Positions 1-13,183 of a DNA stretch of 64,000 nucleotides are shown piece by piece (the first letter of the stretch is position 1; the number at the start of each line of letters is the position of its first letter). The notes below the pieces were generated by a model. The model was not told where the DNA came from, made no database searches, and saw only the letters and a list, made by a program, of their open reading frames with translations. Made by a program: the position numbers and the translations under genes. Origin of the DNA: Octopus vulgaris (Eukaryota); the NCBI GenBank assembly GCA_951406725.2, contig OX597814.1:53630001-53694000 (forward strand), written 5' to 3'.

Positions 1-267
1 TTTTGGAGGAACCAATGAATAGCCTCCATTCTGAGAGATTGCTCTCGATCTCAAAATAGTTTAGCGAGTTTGGAATAGCATAGCAAAACACCAGATTCAT
101 CCCCAACAAAGAATGGTAACAAGACGTGTTCTTTCATTTTTTTAGCCTATAACCAAGAAGTTCCGCTGCATTCTTTGGCAGGTTCAAATCTCTCACCAAA
201 TCATTGAGCTCTTCCTGTGTGAATAACTGCAGACGTGCGATTTTCTCTTCTTCATTACTATCTGACG

Positions 268-1410
268 TGTAAAAACTAACAATTCCTTTGTATAAGCTTA
301 GATTCGAAACCCAATCTTAGGATTCTCGCTCGTCTGAGACACCACTGACCAAATAGGCGCGAAAGAATTTTCTTTGTCCTGTCAAAAAATGACAAATCGT
401 CTCCTTTTGACCTACGACCTCAGCCATGTCAGGCGAAGTTCAAATTGACAGGAGACGACCTATTTAGACACAATCTCTCCTGCTGTATGTCTGTCTTTCT
501 AGCTGTCACGGCTGTTATAAATACCGTGGTCAGCAAAGGGACAGACAGAAAGAACCTGGGACGAAGACGGACGCGCACGAGATAGCCGACCAGTATTTTC
601 TCAGATGAACGACGCACACACAGACACAAAACATATTCAGTTCTGCCACATCATATCACAGATGTATCCTGTTGTTTTTATTCTTCTCAACTCGTAGCAG
701 TTGGCAACGAATTAATGTAGTGAAAAATTGTGTGCACCAACAGCAAATGCAATTCCCGTATATAAATTATTTAAACTATAAATCGATGTCATTCAATTAT
801 CTATTTCGAAGGTATCCACATGCCTATCGCACCTGCTTACCTCAACACATTCTGATACACATCTTTAACCACTACATTTGGTGACCCCGTCAAATAATTG
901 CAGTCTTCCCTTGAACCAGCTTCACCAACTTAATTGCATTTAGAAAATTAAGACATTTTTTGTACTGTGGTTAAATTTTACATTTCGGCACTACATTTGG
1001 TGATCCCGTCAAAGAATCACAGCTTTCACATCAACCGGCAATGAATTAGAACTGGAAAATTCCAGCGACCAATCGGCACATAATGGCTCTCCCAGAACAG
1101 AACCCAGCGGCGAACACATCCACGGTCGACATGGCATTCCAGGCAGCGATTCCTTCCGCCAATCCTTTCCTTTCGTCGTCCAGTGCTTCGGAACTTTCCG
1201 ACTTGCGTGCATTGGTGACTCAGCGGGTGTCACAGATATAGGCCCTGACAGAGCAGATACAGGCCCTATCACTTGGTACAATACAAATCCCGTATATAAA
1301 TTATTTAAACTATAGAGCGATGTCATTCCATTATTTACTTCGAAGGCATCCACATGCCTATCGCATCTATATACCCCAATACATTCTGATACACACCTTT
1401 AACCACTACA
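268..1410 (+). mobile_element. Internally deleted Gypsy-type LTR retrotransposon nested in Chapaev3
   Basis: 5' LTR TGTAAAAAC (268) to ACCACTACA (876), followed by PBS TGGTGACCCCG (879-889). Partial 3' LTR ~1287-1410 matches ~754-876 and ends ACCACTACA. 4-bp TSD GACG (264-267) / GATG (1411-1414). Confidence 0.75.
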
Positions 1411-1414
1411 GATG

Positions 1415-1838
1415 TAACATTCTTCAAAGCAAGTGGTGGAAGAGGAATGTCAACCCCATGTGCAACAGACCGCATAGCCGAGGAAATACTATGATACACT
1501 ATCTTATGTTTATTTTTTGCACTGTACCCATCAACTTTAGTAATGCAGAAATAATCGTCAGCGTGGTTACTTGGCTCTCGCCACACCATTGGTATACCAA
1601 AGGGCATTTCTTTTGTCTTTCCAGAATCTCTTTCGTCTTTCCCTTCCACACAAGTGTGACATGCTTTGTGTAGAGTCCAAGGTTTGTCTTCATCACTAAG
1701 TTTAACACCAAAATAAGCGAAGTATAAATTTTTTACAAGATCAATCATATTTTATCTCTGCTTAATGACAACATATCTGCCACAAATGTAGCCGAATATG
1801 TCTGGATTGTTCACGCACTTACGTCTATATGCACTCAT
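1415..1838 (-). pseudogene. Chapaev3 transposase N-terminal (Chapa) domain, with an in-frame stop
   Basis: ORF 1335-1748 plus the upstream in-frame segment, separated by TAA; C-x2-C, H and W pattern typical of Chapaev transposases. Confidence 0.8.
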
Positions 1839-2245
1839 TTTAAAGGGAGTTTATAAGTATCACCAACGACGCCTCTAAACTAGTAAAACAACACTAAAGC
1901 ATCAGTTAGCAATTCTGTACACAGCTTTTCAAGGTCACGTCGTCTGTCAGAGTTGCCAACAACTGTTTAATAAACTTTATATTGGCTGCTAGTCAGCATT
2001 GTTTTATAACAATCTATTTTGTTGAGCAAAATAAATCAGATAATCACTGTCATCTGATTCTCCGATACATTAATACAGAAAAAATATATAGCTTTATTAC
2101 AGAAAAACTAGACGTGGTGGAGAAAAACTAATAACAGATTTGAAATCAGCGTAAAAAATTGCCTTAAAAAGTTATGTCGACATTTAAACATCAAAAATCA
2201 TGCAGACTTGTTATTCTCTACCCAACAAAATGTATTATCTTTTAT

Positions 2246-2680
2246 CTTTTATTTGTTTCAGTCATTGAATTGTAGTCATGCTGGAGCTCAGTTATGGGAA
2301 CGTAAACAAATCAACACCTGTTGTCAAGTGGTGGGGACAAACACACACACACACACACACACATGTAGTAAGAAGTTTGCTTTCCAAACACATGGTTTGG
2401 GGATCAGTCCCACTGCGTGAAACCCTGGGCAAGTGTCTTCTACCTCTGGCCGACCAAAGTCTTGTGAGTGTATTTGGTAGATGGAAACTGAAAGAAACCT
2501 GATGTATATATATATGTGTGTGTATATTTGTGTGTCTGTGTTTGTCCCCCCACCTCGCTTGACAACCGATGTTGGCGTGTTTAGCGGTTCGGTAAATCGG
2601 ACCGATAGAATAAGTACTAGGATCGGTTTGTTCGACTAAAGGCGGTACTCTAGCATAGCTACAGTCGAATGACTGAAACA
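2246..2680. mobile_element. Two tRNA-derived SINE fragments (family A) in opposite orientation, joined at a (CA)n
   Basis: 2246-2361 is the reverse complement of the SINE 3' part; 2362-2680 is head-to-tail forward (AAGAAGTTTGCTTTCCAAACACATGG...AATGACTGAAACA). Many copies occur in the window. Confidence 0.75.
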
Positions 2681-2717
2681 ATATATATGTGTAATAATAT
2701 ATGTGAAATAATATGTG

Positions 2718-2765
<48 letters not shown>

Positions 2766-2892
2766 GTGTATGTGTGTGTATATATATATATATATAATTA
2801 ATTAATAAGGGTGAGAGAATTAGATACTAATTTAATAGTATATTTATTCCACACCACTCTCTTATATTTATATATATATATATATATATTTC

Positions 2893-3345
2893 AAATAAGA
2901 AAATGGAGAAGCACATTAGTTGGTTCATCAACTTTAGGCTATTAAAATGTTGACTTATTTATTTATCAAAACGACAACATAATTACATTCATACATACAT
3001 ATAGTATATTATTCAATGCATATAAGATAAGAATACAATTAGCTATCAAAAAACATGAATATAAATTATTAAAATCACTTACAGCTGTTTCAGCCAATGG
3101 ATAATAGCAACTCATTGTGCCTATAGTTGATGAACCAACTAATGTGCTTCTCCATTTTCTTATTTGCAATATAAATTAATGGTAAAATATTTCTTTACTT
3201 TCGCTCATTTAATACAATAAGTGAGTTTATTGCATTGCAATTAAAAACACTTGTGTCTTAATAATTGGGTATTATACCAACAGTATATTGGATAAGTATT
3301 ATCCCTTAGTGGTTTGGATCCACAACCCCTAACTTACTTGGTGGT
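2893..3345 (-). mobile_element. Penelope-like pseudo-LTR remnant with a short inverted duplication
   Basis: 2893-2939 is the reverse complement of ~3119-3166. The minus strand carries GAAACAGCTGTA, the 3' half of a Penelope-type hammerhead. Confidence 0.5.
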
Positions 3346-3348
3346 ATG

Positions 3349-3407
<59 letters not shown>

Positions 3408-4093
3408 CAGATGACACAAAGTGGGACTGAACCAGAAACTATGTGGTTTGGAAGTAAACTTCTTAACCACGCAACTACGTCTCATGATTTTTATCTTTAT
3501 TTTTTTTTTTGTTGTATTTCTTTATTGAGAGAACTAAATAGAATTTGCAGCCATATAATTCGTTTTTGGCATTATGCTAAAAAAGTTTTAAATTCTTTAA
3601 ATCCTAATTTTATTAAATGACAATTTTTCCGCCCATTTTTAACAATTTTTACAGCTTCCTTTCCCATTGGAAAATACTAGTTTATTTCCCAGCTGAGACC
3701 AATCCGCCTTGCTTTCAGATATAGTGTTGCTAGGACTCTCTAGAATAATATCCTGTTATTCAACAAGATAATAGGATAATATCCAAATATGATCTTGTTA
3801 AGATAATAAGATAAGATGTGACTTAAGGGAGATTTGGTATTAAGCGCGCTCATTTGTGTTGAATATCAATTATTGTGCAGACAATTTAATGAACTCAAAA
3901 CACTGATGGCTGGAGAAAAGCTTGATTTCGAGGTGAGAAAGGGCATTTAGTGTTGGTATGTTTGTTATCGACACAGATGTAGACGCTAACTACTGCAGAA
4001 TACTAATCAGCCTCTTTGTCAGCAGCGTCATTTCTTGAGAAATGTGTGAGTCAGGTATTGAATAAACTGGTGACTATGAATGCTGCTTGATTT

Positions 4094-4097
<4 letters not shown>

Positions 4098-4169
<72 letters not shown>

Positions 4170-4282
4170 TAGACAGATAGACAGATAGACAGACAGACAC
4201 AGAAAGAAAGAAAGAAACAAACAAACAAACAAACAAAGAGAGAAAGAAAGATAGAAAGAAATATAGAGAGGAAGAAAGAAAT

Positions 4283-4322
<40 letters not shown>

Positions 4323-4575
4323 GAACAAACAAACAAACAAACAAAGAAAGAAAGAAAGTTAGAAAGAAATATAGAAAGGAAGAAAGAAAGGAAGAAAGAA
4401 AGAAAGAAACAAACAAACAAACAAAGAGAGAAAGAAAGAGAGAACGAAATATAGAAAGGAAGAAAGAAAGGAAGAAAGAAAGAAAGGAAGAAAAAAGGAA
4501 GAAAGAAAGAAAGAAAGAAACAAACAAACAAACAAAAACAAACAAATAAATAAATAAATGGATAAATGGATAAAG
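4098..4575. repeat. Compound microsatellite (AG)n/(AGAC)n/(AAAG)n/(AAAC)n
   Basis: Direct inspection. Confidence 0.95.
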
Positions 4576-5127
4576 GAAAAGAAGTGAAATAATCATCTTC
4601 ATTGCAGAACGTGAATTAATCGGGAAAGATGATAGGCATTGGACTTCAAATAGCAATAGAAACAGCGTATAAACTCGGAGAAACTAGGCAGGGAGACGTT
4701 AAGCTAAAGCAACTAGAAGTCATTGTTGATCATCCAGATGAGAAAGACGAGATGGTACGCGTAGGTTCTGTATACTTGTAGACACCACACCTGTGAGCAT
4801 AGTTGCAATATAGAATACAGCCTTGGCAGCAGAGTTGGGTAGAGATAGATGATGAGACAACTGTGTCTCAGGTAACAATATGAGGCGTGATTTTCATTGT
4901 CCTGTTGTTTAGCACCAAACAGCTAGTGATTGAACAGACATATAGTCAGAAGTAATTCAAGTATTGGCCATCCTGTCTTTTTGTATATCTCGGAATATGT
5001 TGGTTAATGTACTCTTCCTTTTAAGAAAGGTGGGGTGTGATTTGAAGCAGTTTGGCTGCTATTTCTAACTTGTCAAGTGACAACATGCAGGTTACTTCTT
5101 TGACTCGTTGGATTGGTATGTTATTAG

Positions 5128-5350
5128 GAGGCGAGCTGGCAGAAACGTTAGCACGCCGGGCGAAATGCGTAGCCGTATTTCGTATGCCGTTACGTTCTGA
5201 GTTCAAATTCCGCCGAGGTTGACTTTGCCTTTCATCCTTTCGGGGTCGATAAATTAAGAACCAGTTACGCACTGGGGTCGATGTAATCGACTTAATCCGT
5301 GTGTCTGTCCCCTCTGTGTTTAGCCCCTTGTGGGTAGTAAAGAAATAGGT
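5128..5350 (+). mobile_element. tRNA-derived SINE family B with a MetaSINE-like core
   Basis: A box TGGCAGAAACG and B box GTTCAAATTCC; core GAGGTYGACTTTGCCTTTCATCCTTTCGGGGTCGATAAATTAAG. Recurs at ~30690, 31270 (-), 36150, 37075, 51880 and 56240 (-). Confidence 0.8.
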
Positions 5351-5974
5351 ATGTTATTAGGAGACGAATAGGAGGCCAGGACTGGCTGGGTACCAGAGCA
5401 TTGAGTTCACAGTAAGGGGAAACAATCATTAGGGGTCATTCGTTGGTAGTATATAGTAGGTATATGTGTGTGTGTGCGGGAGTGTGTGTGTGCGTGTGTG
5501 TGTGCGCGTGTGTGTGTGTGTGTGTGTGTATGCGCGTGTGTAATTGCGTAGATGAAAGAGTATTATGCAGTGGATGCTTTCGTCTTTCTTATTTATCGTC
5601 ATTGTTTATGTTTAAAGTAGATTGTTGGTAGAAAAAGTAAGAAACGATGACTCGTGAATTGCCATATCCCCGTGAGTAGCTCAGCTAGAATTCAATGGAC
5701 GGGGAAGGCAGGGGTCTCTCGAAATTCTGTGCTCGTTGAGACATCATGTACGAATTTTGGAAGAACAGAGTAAGAGAATGAACTTATTCATCACAGTATC
5801 GGATGCCTGTTCTATCTAGTGGCAAATCTCAGTATTTGCCACCCCCATTCGTCCTCTCTGACAATCATTTTCACTGCATTAGCGAAATTACAGCCGCTAT
5901 CTTCGAACCGAATGTAACTCGAATGTTTACGACGGAATGAACTACAACTAATGGTATCCTAAGATTATGTATGT

Positions 5975-6292
5975 GGAGATGCAATGACCCAGTGGTTAGG
6001 GCAGCGGACTCGCGGTCGAAGGATCGCGGTTTCGATTCCCAAACCGGGCGTTGTGTGTGTTTATTGAGCGAAAACACCTAAAAGCTCCACGAGCTCCGGC
6101 AGTGGGGATGGTGGCTACCCCAGTTGTATTCTTTCGCCACAACTTTCTCTCATTCTCTCTTCTTGTTTCTTGAGTAACGCTGCGATGGACTGGCGTCCCG
6201 TCCAGCTGGGAGGAACACATACAACACAGAAACCTGGAAACCGGGCCCATGAGACTGGTTAGGCTTGAAAAAGGCGAAGAAGAAGAAGAAGA
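5975..6292 (+). mobile_element. tRNA(Arg)-like SINE family C with a V-SINE-like domain
   Basis: Head CAGTGGTTAGGGCAGCGGACTCGCGGTCG...GGTTTCGATTCC; domain CTGCGATGGACTGGCGTCCCGTCCAG; (GAA)n tail. Confidence 0.75.
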
Positions 6293-7577
6293 TTATCTAT
6301 GGTGTCAAACCGGGCAACGTATTAAACATTCTTCAAATAAAATAACCGATCTCCGTTTCAAAGTTCTTTTAATTCGATCAGCTGAAGTTTGCTACATATG
6401 ATTTCTACAGCGAGAGTGTTGCATCCAACTAATTAAGTTCGGCAGTGTGCAGCCTGTCAACATTGCTACGCGTTCAATTGGCTTAATCTGCTTAGCTATA
6501 AATCATACGTTAAGCTTAAATATCTCACTAATGTAAACAATGGTGGCTCTGTAAAATTAGGGAGTTTATAACTACCTAGATGTAGTTAGACATCACAAGG
6601 TCATAAAGCTCCTATTTGTATGCTGTAAAAGCTATGCAATATTAACGAGTGTATTTGTTTGCTTGTTGGATTACAGTGCTGGAAAGACTTCAAAGGATAT
6701 GCTTTTTGTATAGATGTATCGTATCAATCTCAATCGCCTAGATATACAAGAGATTCTGGATATAATTTCATTACTTTTCCTTTGTCTTTTGTCTTTGCTT
6801 GTTCTTTACACAGTTCCCAGTGAAAAAAGATTTCTTTTACTGATCAGAGGTTTTGCAGAGATCGAGTTAGTGTTGTTTTTAACAAAAAGAGGATGTTCTC
6901 ATAGTTACGGAAATTGCGAAAAATTTCTGATTAGATACACAAATACTGGAACGTCCGATTCACTGCCCAAAAATTTGAAAATCCCATTAGTTGTGCAAAG
7001 AATGAAACTTCCGGTTAACTGTACAAATATTGAAACTTCCGGCTGTTTAAACAGAGATATAAACTTCCGCTATATTACACTGAGAATAAAATCTTTCCGT
7101 TCCCAATACACAATGACATCTGTAAATATGATAAAACATACATGCGCATATAAATACGGGTAAACGCACACTTTTACAGATAACTTTACGTGAGCTTGTG
7201 TACGCGGATGCGTATAAATGAAAATGGTGAAAGAAAAATATTCATAAATATACACACGTATATACATATATGAGTCATTGTGCGTATGTGTATGTAGGTA
7301 TACATATAAGTGTGTATGTGTGTGTACGTGTATATATATATATATATACCGAAAGAGAGAGAGAGAGAGAGAAAATCTAGGTTTACCCTTTTCATTATGT
7401 AGATTGATATGCCAGAAGCGCCGAAGGATTAAAATTAGGACGTAATATTCATTTGTTACAAGATTCATAAGAATGTGGGTATATCAAGAAGTAGGAGTCC
7501 TTGACTGGCTAGGTACAGAAAGGTAAAACAACCAGTGGGTGTCATTTGTTGATATTATACAGTTGGTATGCATGTAA

Positions 7578-7623
<46 letters not shown>

Positions 7624-7693
7624 TTACATACATATATATACGCATATCTATATGTATACATATATGTGTGTGTGTGTATGTGTTTACATATAT

Positions 7694-7751
<58 letters not shown>

Positions 7752-7786
7752 GTATGTATATATGTATGTATGTATGTATGTATATA

Positions 7787-8075
7787 TGGCTTGTTTCTTC
7801 GCGTTCGCCACCACAACGTCGTTTAGGCTTACCAGCCCTTCCTATTTGTTTTCATTGTCATATTTTTGTCACCAATCTTGACCCTCCGCAAGATCGCAAA
7901 TTTTATTTAATTTGCTTTGCGGGACCAACTGTTTTATCGAAGGCGTTTCTTGTCATGAACTGCTCGAAATACGGATTAGAAAAACATCCGACAACTGATG
8001 AAGGGTCGTTCCTTCTGTTGCTTGTCTTGTTTTCCATTTGTTTCTTCCGTTGCTTGCAATAAAGTCCTTATTCTC
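7787..8075 (+). repeat. Dispersed repeat of unassigned family; second copy at ~51190-51500
   Basis: Shared blocks TTGACCCTCCGCAA and CCGACAACTGATGAAG.GTCGTTC at both loci. Confidence 0.6.
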
Positions 8076-8079
8076 TGTT

Positions 8080-9597
8080 ATTAGACCGGTTCCACACAGT
8101 GAGAGCCTCCTGTTCCTGTCTTCAATGTCTTGCCCCAGATAACTTTACCTCCAACCAAAGAAGATTCATCATCTGAAGATAACGCGAGAAAACAAGACTT
8201 TTCCGTTGAAACTTTACCTCAGCTATTCTCCCAGGTAGAGCTGAATGATCTAATTCGTGACTCGAACCTTCCAAAAGATTCTGCAGAACTGTTGGCTTCC
8301 CGACTGAATGGGAAGAATCTTCTAGTGAACGGTGTCTGTATAACCTTTTATCAGAGTCAGCATGAAAAGTTCCTTTCTTTCTTCACAAAAGAGCAATAGC
8401 TGGTTTACTACAGAGATGTCAGTGGACTTCTTAATAAACTTGGCAATTGACGAATACAAACCAGAGGAAAGGCATTTTTTCATAGAGAGCTCTAAGCGTA
8501 GTTTAAATTGTGTATTGTTACACAACGGAAATGTGTATGGCTCTGTCCCACTCGGCCACTCAACAACTATGAAGGGAAAAATATGAAGAAATTAGGTTGG
8601 TTTTAGAGAAGATACTGTATCATAATCATAAATAAGTCATCTGCGTTGACTTAAAGATGGTGAATTGTCTCTTGAGCCCAAATAACCATGCTTTCTTTGC
8701 ATGTGGGACAGTAGAAACCAAGTAAACCACTATGTTAAGAAAGACTAGCCACCTCGAACTAATATGGTTCTTTGTAGAGCTGCCAATATATTGGAAGAAC
8801 CTTTAGCTGAGCGAGATAAGATCATGCCATCCACCTTGCATATCAAACTCGGATTGATCAAGCAATTCGTCAAAGCTCTTGACAAAAATGGGGAGTGTTT
8901 CAAGTATGTCTGCAGTTTATTTCCAGGGATTTTTGATGAACCACAGATCCGTAAGCTCTTGAAGGACACAGATTTTGTGAAAACGATGAGCGAAAATGAA
9001 GCATCAACATTTGCAGAAGTAGGGTACAGTTCCCTTGGGAAAAACAAAACTGAAAACTATAAAAACCTTGGCACCAACTTTTCGTGGTATTGGCGCGAAT
9101 ATGAGCATCGACATGCATTATCTTTTTAGTCATCTTGATCGTTTGCCTGAAAATCTCGGAGATGTTAGCGATGAACAAGGCGAACAATTCCATCAGGACA
9201 TCAAAGAGATGGAAACTCGGTACCAAGGACGTTGGAACGCTGTGAAGATGGCAGACTATTGCTGGTGCTTAAAACTATATACTCATGTTGCTCAACATTC
9301 ACGGTGCACAAAGAAGCGAAAATTTATTCCTTGAATTTTCTGTCAAAAATCTTTGCCAATGTGCATTTTCAATTTTGAAAATTTTATTTGTACTTTGTTT
9401 TGTTTTGTGTTATGCTCCCTTCATTTATTCGTATTATATGCCACTTGTATGAATAAAATACTTACTCTGTCAGTTCTAGTCAGAAAACTAGACCTGATAG
9501 AGAAAAATTGAAGTTATTTTTGAATTTTGCAGGCAAAATCACTTAAGAATTCGTTGAAATATTCCAGGCACCAGACAAAAAAAAATTTTTGTTCATA
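8080..9597 (+). mobile_element. Chapaev3 DNA transposon, 5'-truncated, with a transposase pseudogene (~8080-9334)
   Basis: RPVPHS...FSQVELNDLIRDSNLPKDSAELLASRL...FIESSKRSLNCVLLHNGN...LHIKLGLIKQFVKALDKNG...HLDRLPENLGDVSDEQGEQFHQDIKEMETRYQGRW, with stops and frameshifts; 3' TIR-like end ~9480-9597. Confidence 0.85.
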
Positions 9598-10380
9598 CGG
9601 AAGCTAGCACATCTTCAAATTTTTCTTTTCATCAAACGATTAATTATATAGCATAATTAGTTAATTAAAATGACCGACACGTGTTTCTGCTACTTAAAGA
9701 GCGTACAGTTGCGTATGAAATCTATAATATTCTGCTATGCGCCTTCATTCAGAGACTTTCCACTTCCGAAACTATTCCTAATCCAGTGAAGCGAAACCAG
9801 ATACACACATCAGAAAACTTACAGTGGGATCGCTCACCCTGAAGGATCCTTGGTACGTTGTACTATTTGTTGTAGTGAGACGGAACCTGGACTATACCTG
9901 AAAGCTCTTACTGTACCCTATACACCTATTATACATGCACACACACACACACACACACACGCATATATATATATATATATATATGTACACATGTGTGTGT
10001 ATGTATGTGCATGCGCACGCGCGTGTGTGTATGTGTGTATGTGTGTGTGTGTGAAAATGCTTGCTGCTTTGACTTTAATTTTCAACGCGGACAATTTCTG
10101 ATAGCCATTGTCTTTAACATCTAGGATAATTTGTTATATCCGTCTATGTGTTGAGAACTAACATATATGTAATACTGTTAAATGCGTTAATACTGAGCTT
10201 CCATGAGCTCCAGTGCAAAATGGAAATGAAGAAAATTCTTTACCAAAGACTACTAAAAGTACGTTCTCTCGTTTTCTAGCAGCCACACGTGACATTTGCG
10301 TTCTATAAAAAGGAACATAAAATATGTGTTCGTTCACTTCGTTTTCAAAAATGATCCTTTCTATTTTTTTATGGCCTTAC

Positions 10381-10410
10381 CTTTCCGTTTGTCGCTTCTT
10401 TGTTATTTCC
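10381..10410 (-). CDS. Candidate 30-nt microexon (GNNKEATNGK in phase 0)
   Basis: Acceptor cctcccattcgtttcaatttgcttaacAG and donor AAG|gtaagg, in unique sequence. Confidence 0.4.
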
Positions 10411-10546
10411 CTGTTAAGCAAATTGAAACGAATGGGAGGAAAATGAAGACAATATAACTGAAGATATTTGAAATATGGAATTTTTTTGAAAGGGGTTTTG
10501 TTTTTTGCTTTTTTTGTTTGCTTTTTACAGACAATGACACATTTAC

Positions 10547-10693
10547 CATACTTGCGAAATAAAAGACTTTCTAGTGGATCATAATTAGATTTATTACACT
10601 CGAGGGATGCACTCAGATAGGTATCTAACAAACCACGGTTAGTTCCACGTTTCCTTTTTCGCACGAATTTTTTTCCCGCATTTTCTCCTGGTG
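10547..10693 (-). other. Candidate exon ending ATG|gtaaat (5'UTR plus start codon, or a 147-nt phase-1 coding exon)
   Basis: Donor at 10546 gives a 136-nt intron to the 30-nt exon. Open frame PGENAGKKFVRKRKRG...LFRKY; acceptor is weak. Confidence 0.25.
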
Positions 10694-11120
10694 CTGCAAG
10701 TTTTTAACACGATTCATTCAGATCTAACAAGATTTACAAATTGAAATCAATGATTCGAACGTATTGTTCCTGTTAGTATGGTATTGATTAATGAATAATA
10801 AATAATGTTTTTGCATTTCTTTGGGCTGCTACTTGTAAAAGGTTGAAACCACATAGAAACACCATGCTGTAATCTCCGAAACTCTACAAAAATGATAAGA
10901 AATGGAATTTTATATATACGCGGTAGACTATGATAATTAATTCAGTCTAATTAATCCTGGCAATCACTTAAATAGAATGATGGTTTATATATAAAATAAT
11001 TTTATATTCTGTATAAAATTATTGAGTTCATTATAGTTTATGTAGGGTATCGACTGCTAAGTCGCTTCCATTTAGTACACGTGGTCAAGTCAAATGACTG
11101 AAACAAGTAAAAGAATAAAA

Positions 11121-11257
<137 letters not shown>

Positions 11258-11373
11258 GTTATCGCCATATTAATATGGCAATCTTATAGATATAAGACTA
11301 AAAGCTGTCGCTGATTAGCTCCATGAGGCCATCGCCTTAAGATATAGCTATATGACACACAAACTGTGTCCAT

Positions 11374-11519
11374 TAGAACCTTCGAACAAGGGAGGTCAGC
11401 GCCGCTTCACACTGCTAGTCAGACAGCTACAGGCGCGTTTCAGGGTATTTGCCCCTTGTCAATGTAGCGTAGTCGACTCAGCAGGTGTCGCCACTGATCG
11501 TCTCTGTTCGAAGGTTCTA
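11374..11519 (-). ncRNA. Long hairpin enclosing a degenerate type I hammerhead motif (Penelope-type)
   Basis: 15-bp perfect inverted repeat 11374-11388/11505-11519. Minus strand 11468-11426 reads GCTACA-TTGACAA-GGGGCAAATACCCT-GAAA-CGCG-CC-TGTAGC. Confidence 0.6.
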
Positions 11520-11534
11520 TTTACCTATTTCGAG

Positions 11535-11870
11535 TGGCATTGGCACCTTGGACAAGTGTCTTCTACTATAGCTTCGGCCCGACCAAAGCCTTGTGAGTGG
11601 ATTTGGTAGAATGAAACTGAAAGAAGCCCGTCGTATATATGTATGTGTACATGTATGTGTGTGTGTTTGTGTGTCTGTGTTTGTCCCCCCCCCCCCAACA
11701 TCGCTTGACAACCGATGCTGGTGTGTTTACGTCCCCGTAACATAGCTGTTCGGTAAAAGTGACCGATAGAATAAGTACTGGGCTTACAAAGAATAAGTCC
11801 TGGGGTCGATTTGCAACATTTGACTGCATGGCCGCAGTCAAATGACTAAAACAAGTAAAAGAATAAAAGA

Positions 11871-11871
<1 letters not shown>
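11535..11871 (+). mobile_element. SINE family A, 5'-truncated
   Basis: GGCACCTTGGACAAGTGTCTTCTACTATAG...AAATGACTAAAACAAGTAAAAGAATAAAAGAG. Confidence 0.8.
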
Positions 11872-11930
<59 letters not shown>

Positions 11931-12889
11931 GCCGTGAATAACTTTTTATGCGTACCTTAAATAAACATACACTTATACTCTTCGTGAAAATAGTTACAAC
12001 TAAGCTGTTCACAAGTGTCCACAAACACGCTGTCCCAGAACATGGATATGTATGTGTATGTGTGTGTGTGTGTTTATGTGTGTATACATACTTATATACA
12101 CATACACATACGCTCGCACACATATATATATAATATATACACACACATATACGTGTATATGTACATACGTGTGTATACATGCAGACATAAATGTATTGCG
12201 TACATACTTTTAATTACTTTACATCGACGAAACAATATTATTTCTTATTGTTGTTCAATACCTTTGAAATATTCAGAATTCAAAATCCATGCTAAAAATA
12301 TCTTCCCTCTCCTGTTACTATATGAATTAAGCAGATAACACTCTATGTTTTATATTTTTACATCCTATTTAGTGTTAAATACAATATTTAGTCTGTTCAT
12401 ATTTGCAGGCAGAACTGTTTCGATATTACAGATTTTTATCGATGTAAAGTAATTTAAAGTTGCATTAGTTATATCATTTTGGGAAGATTTCAGAAAGATA
12501 TAAGCCCAAAGTGACCATGATAGGTAAGTAGATTTCATAAAAATGTGCATGTTTCATACTACATATCAGATCAGAGAAAGAACAAAATACATTTAGATAC
12601 GTGTTTATCTACGTTGAAAGATCCCAATCTACTTTCTTCTGATGACGTTGATAAGAGGTCGTTTTTGAATAGTGCTCATATTTTCATGGGAAAGATTTTG
12701 AGTCCAATTACTTTGGATAATTGTTTGTTTGTGTGTGAATGTGTCTGTGTGTGTGTGCGAGTGTACGTGTGAGTGTGCGCGTGTATGTACATGCGTATGA
12801 GGGCGCGTAGTCTAGTAATAAAGACGTTCGGCTCACAGTCATGATGCTGTATGTTAGGTTCTGGATCTAGTAGTGCATTGTTGCCCTCG

Positions 12890-13183
12890 TGGTGGCACAT
12901 AGCCTAGTGGTTAGAGCAGCGGACTCGCGGTCGAGGGATTGCGGTTTCGAATCTCAGACCGGGCGATGTGTGTGTTTATGAGCGAAACACCTAGGCTCCG
13001 GCAGAAGGTAATGGCGAACTTCTGCTGACTCTTTCGCCACAACTTTTTCTCACTCTTTCCTCCTGCATCTTGCAGCTCACCTGCGACGGACCGGCGTCCC
13101 GTCCGGGTGAGGAACCTATATACCAAGGAAACCGGGAAACCGGCCCTTATGAGCCAGGCGTGGCTCGAGAAGGAACAAACAAC
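12890..13183 (+). mobile_element. SINE family C (tRNA-Arg-like head, V-like domain)
   Basis: Similar to 5975-6292; (AAAC) tail. Confidence 0.75.

Larger units (their letters stand above)
1..2211 (-). mobile_element. Chapaev3 (CMC superfamily) DNA transposon, 5' part, decayed, interrupted by an LTR element; continues beyond the window start
   Basis: Minus strand from ATG at 1838: MSAYRRKCVNNPDIFGYICG...YFAYFGVKLSDEDKPWTLHKACHTC...PFGIPMVWREPSNHADDYFC (Chapa zinc-finger pattern). It resumes below 263 as LQLFTQEELNDLVRDLNLPKNAAELLGYRL. The subterminal motif AAAACTAGAC.TG.T.GAGAAAAA at ~2103 is shared with the copy ending at ~9597. Confidence 0.8.

Noticed and set aside
5975-6050. tRNA gene
   Set aside because: tRNA-like SINE head continuing into a SINE body; no intact acceptor stem.
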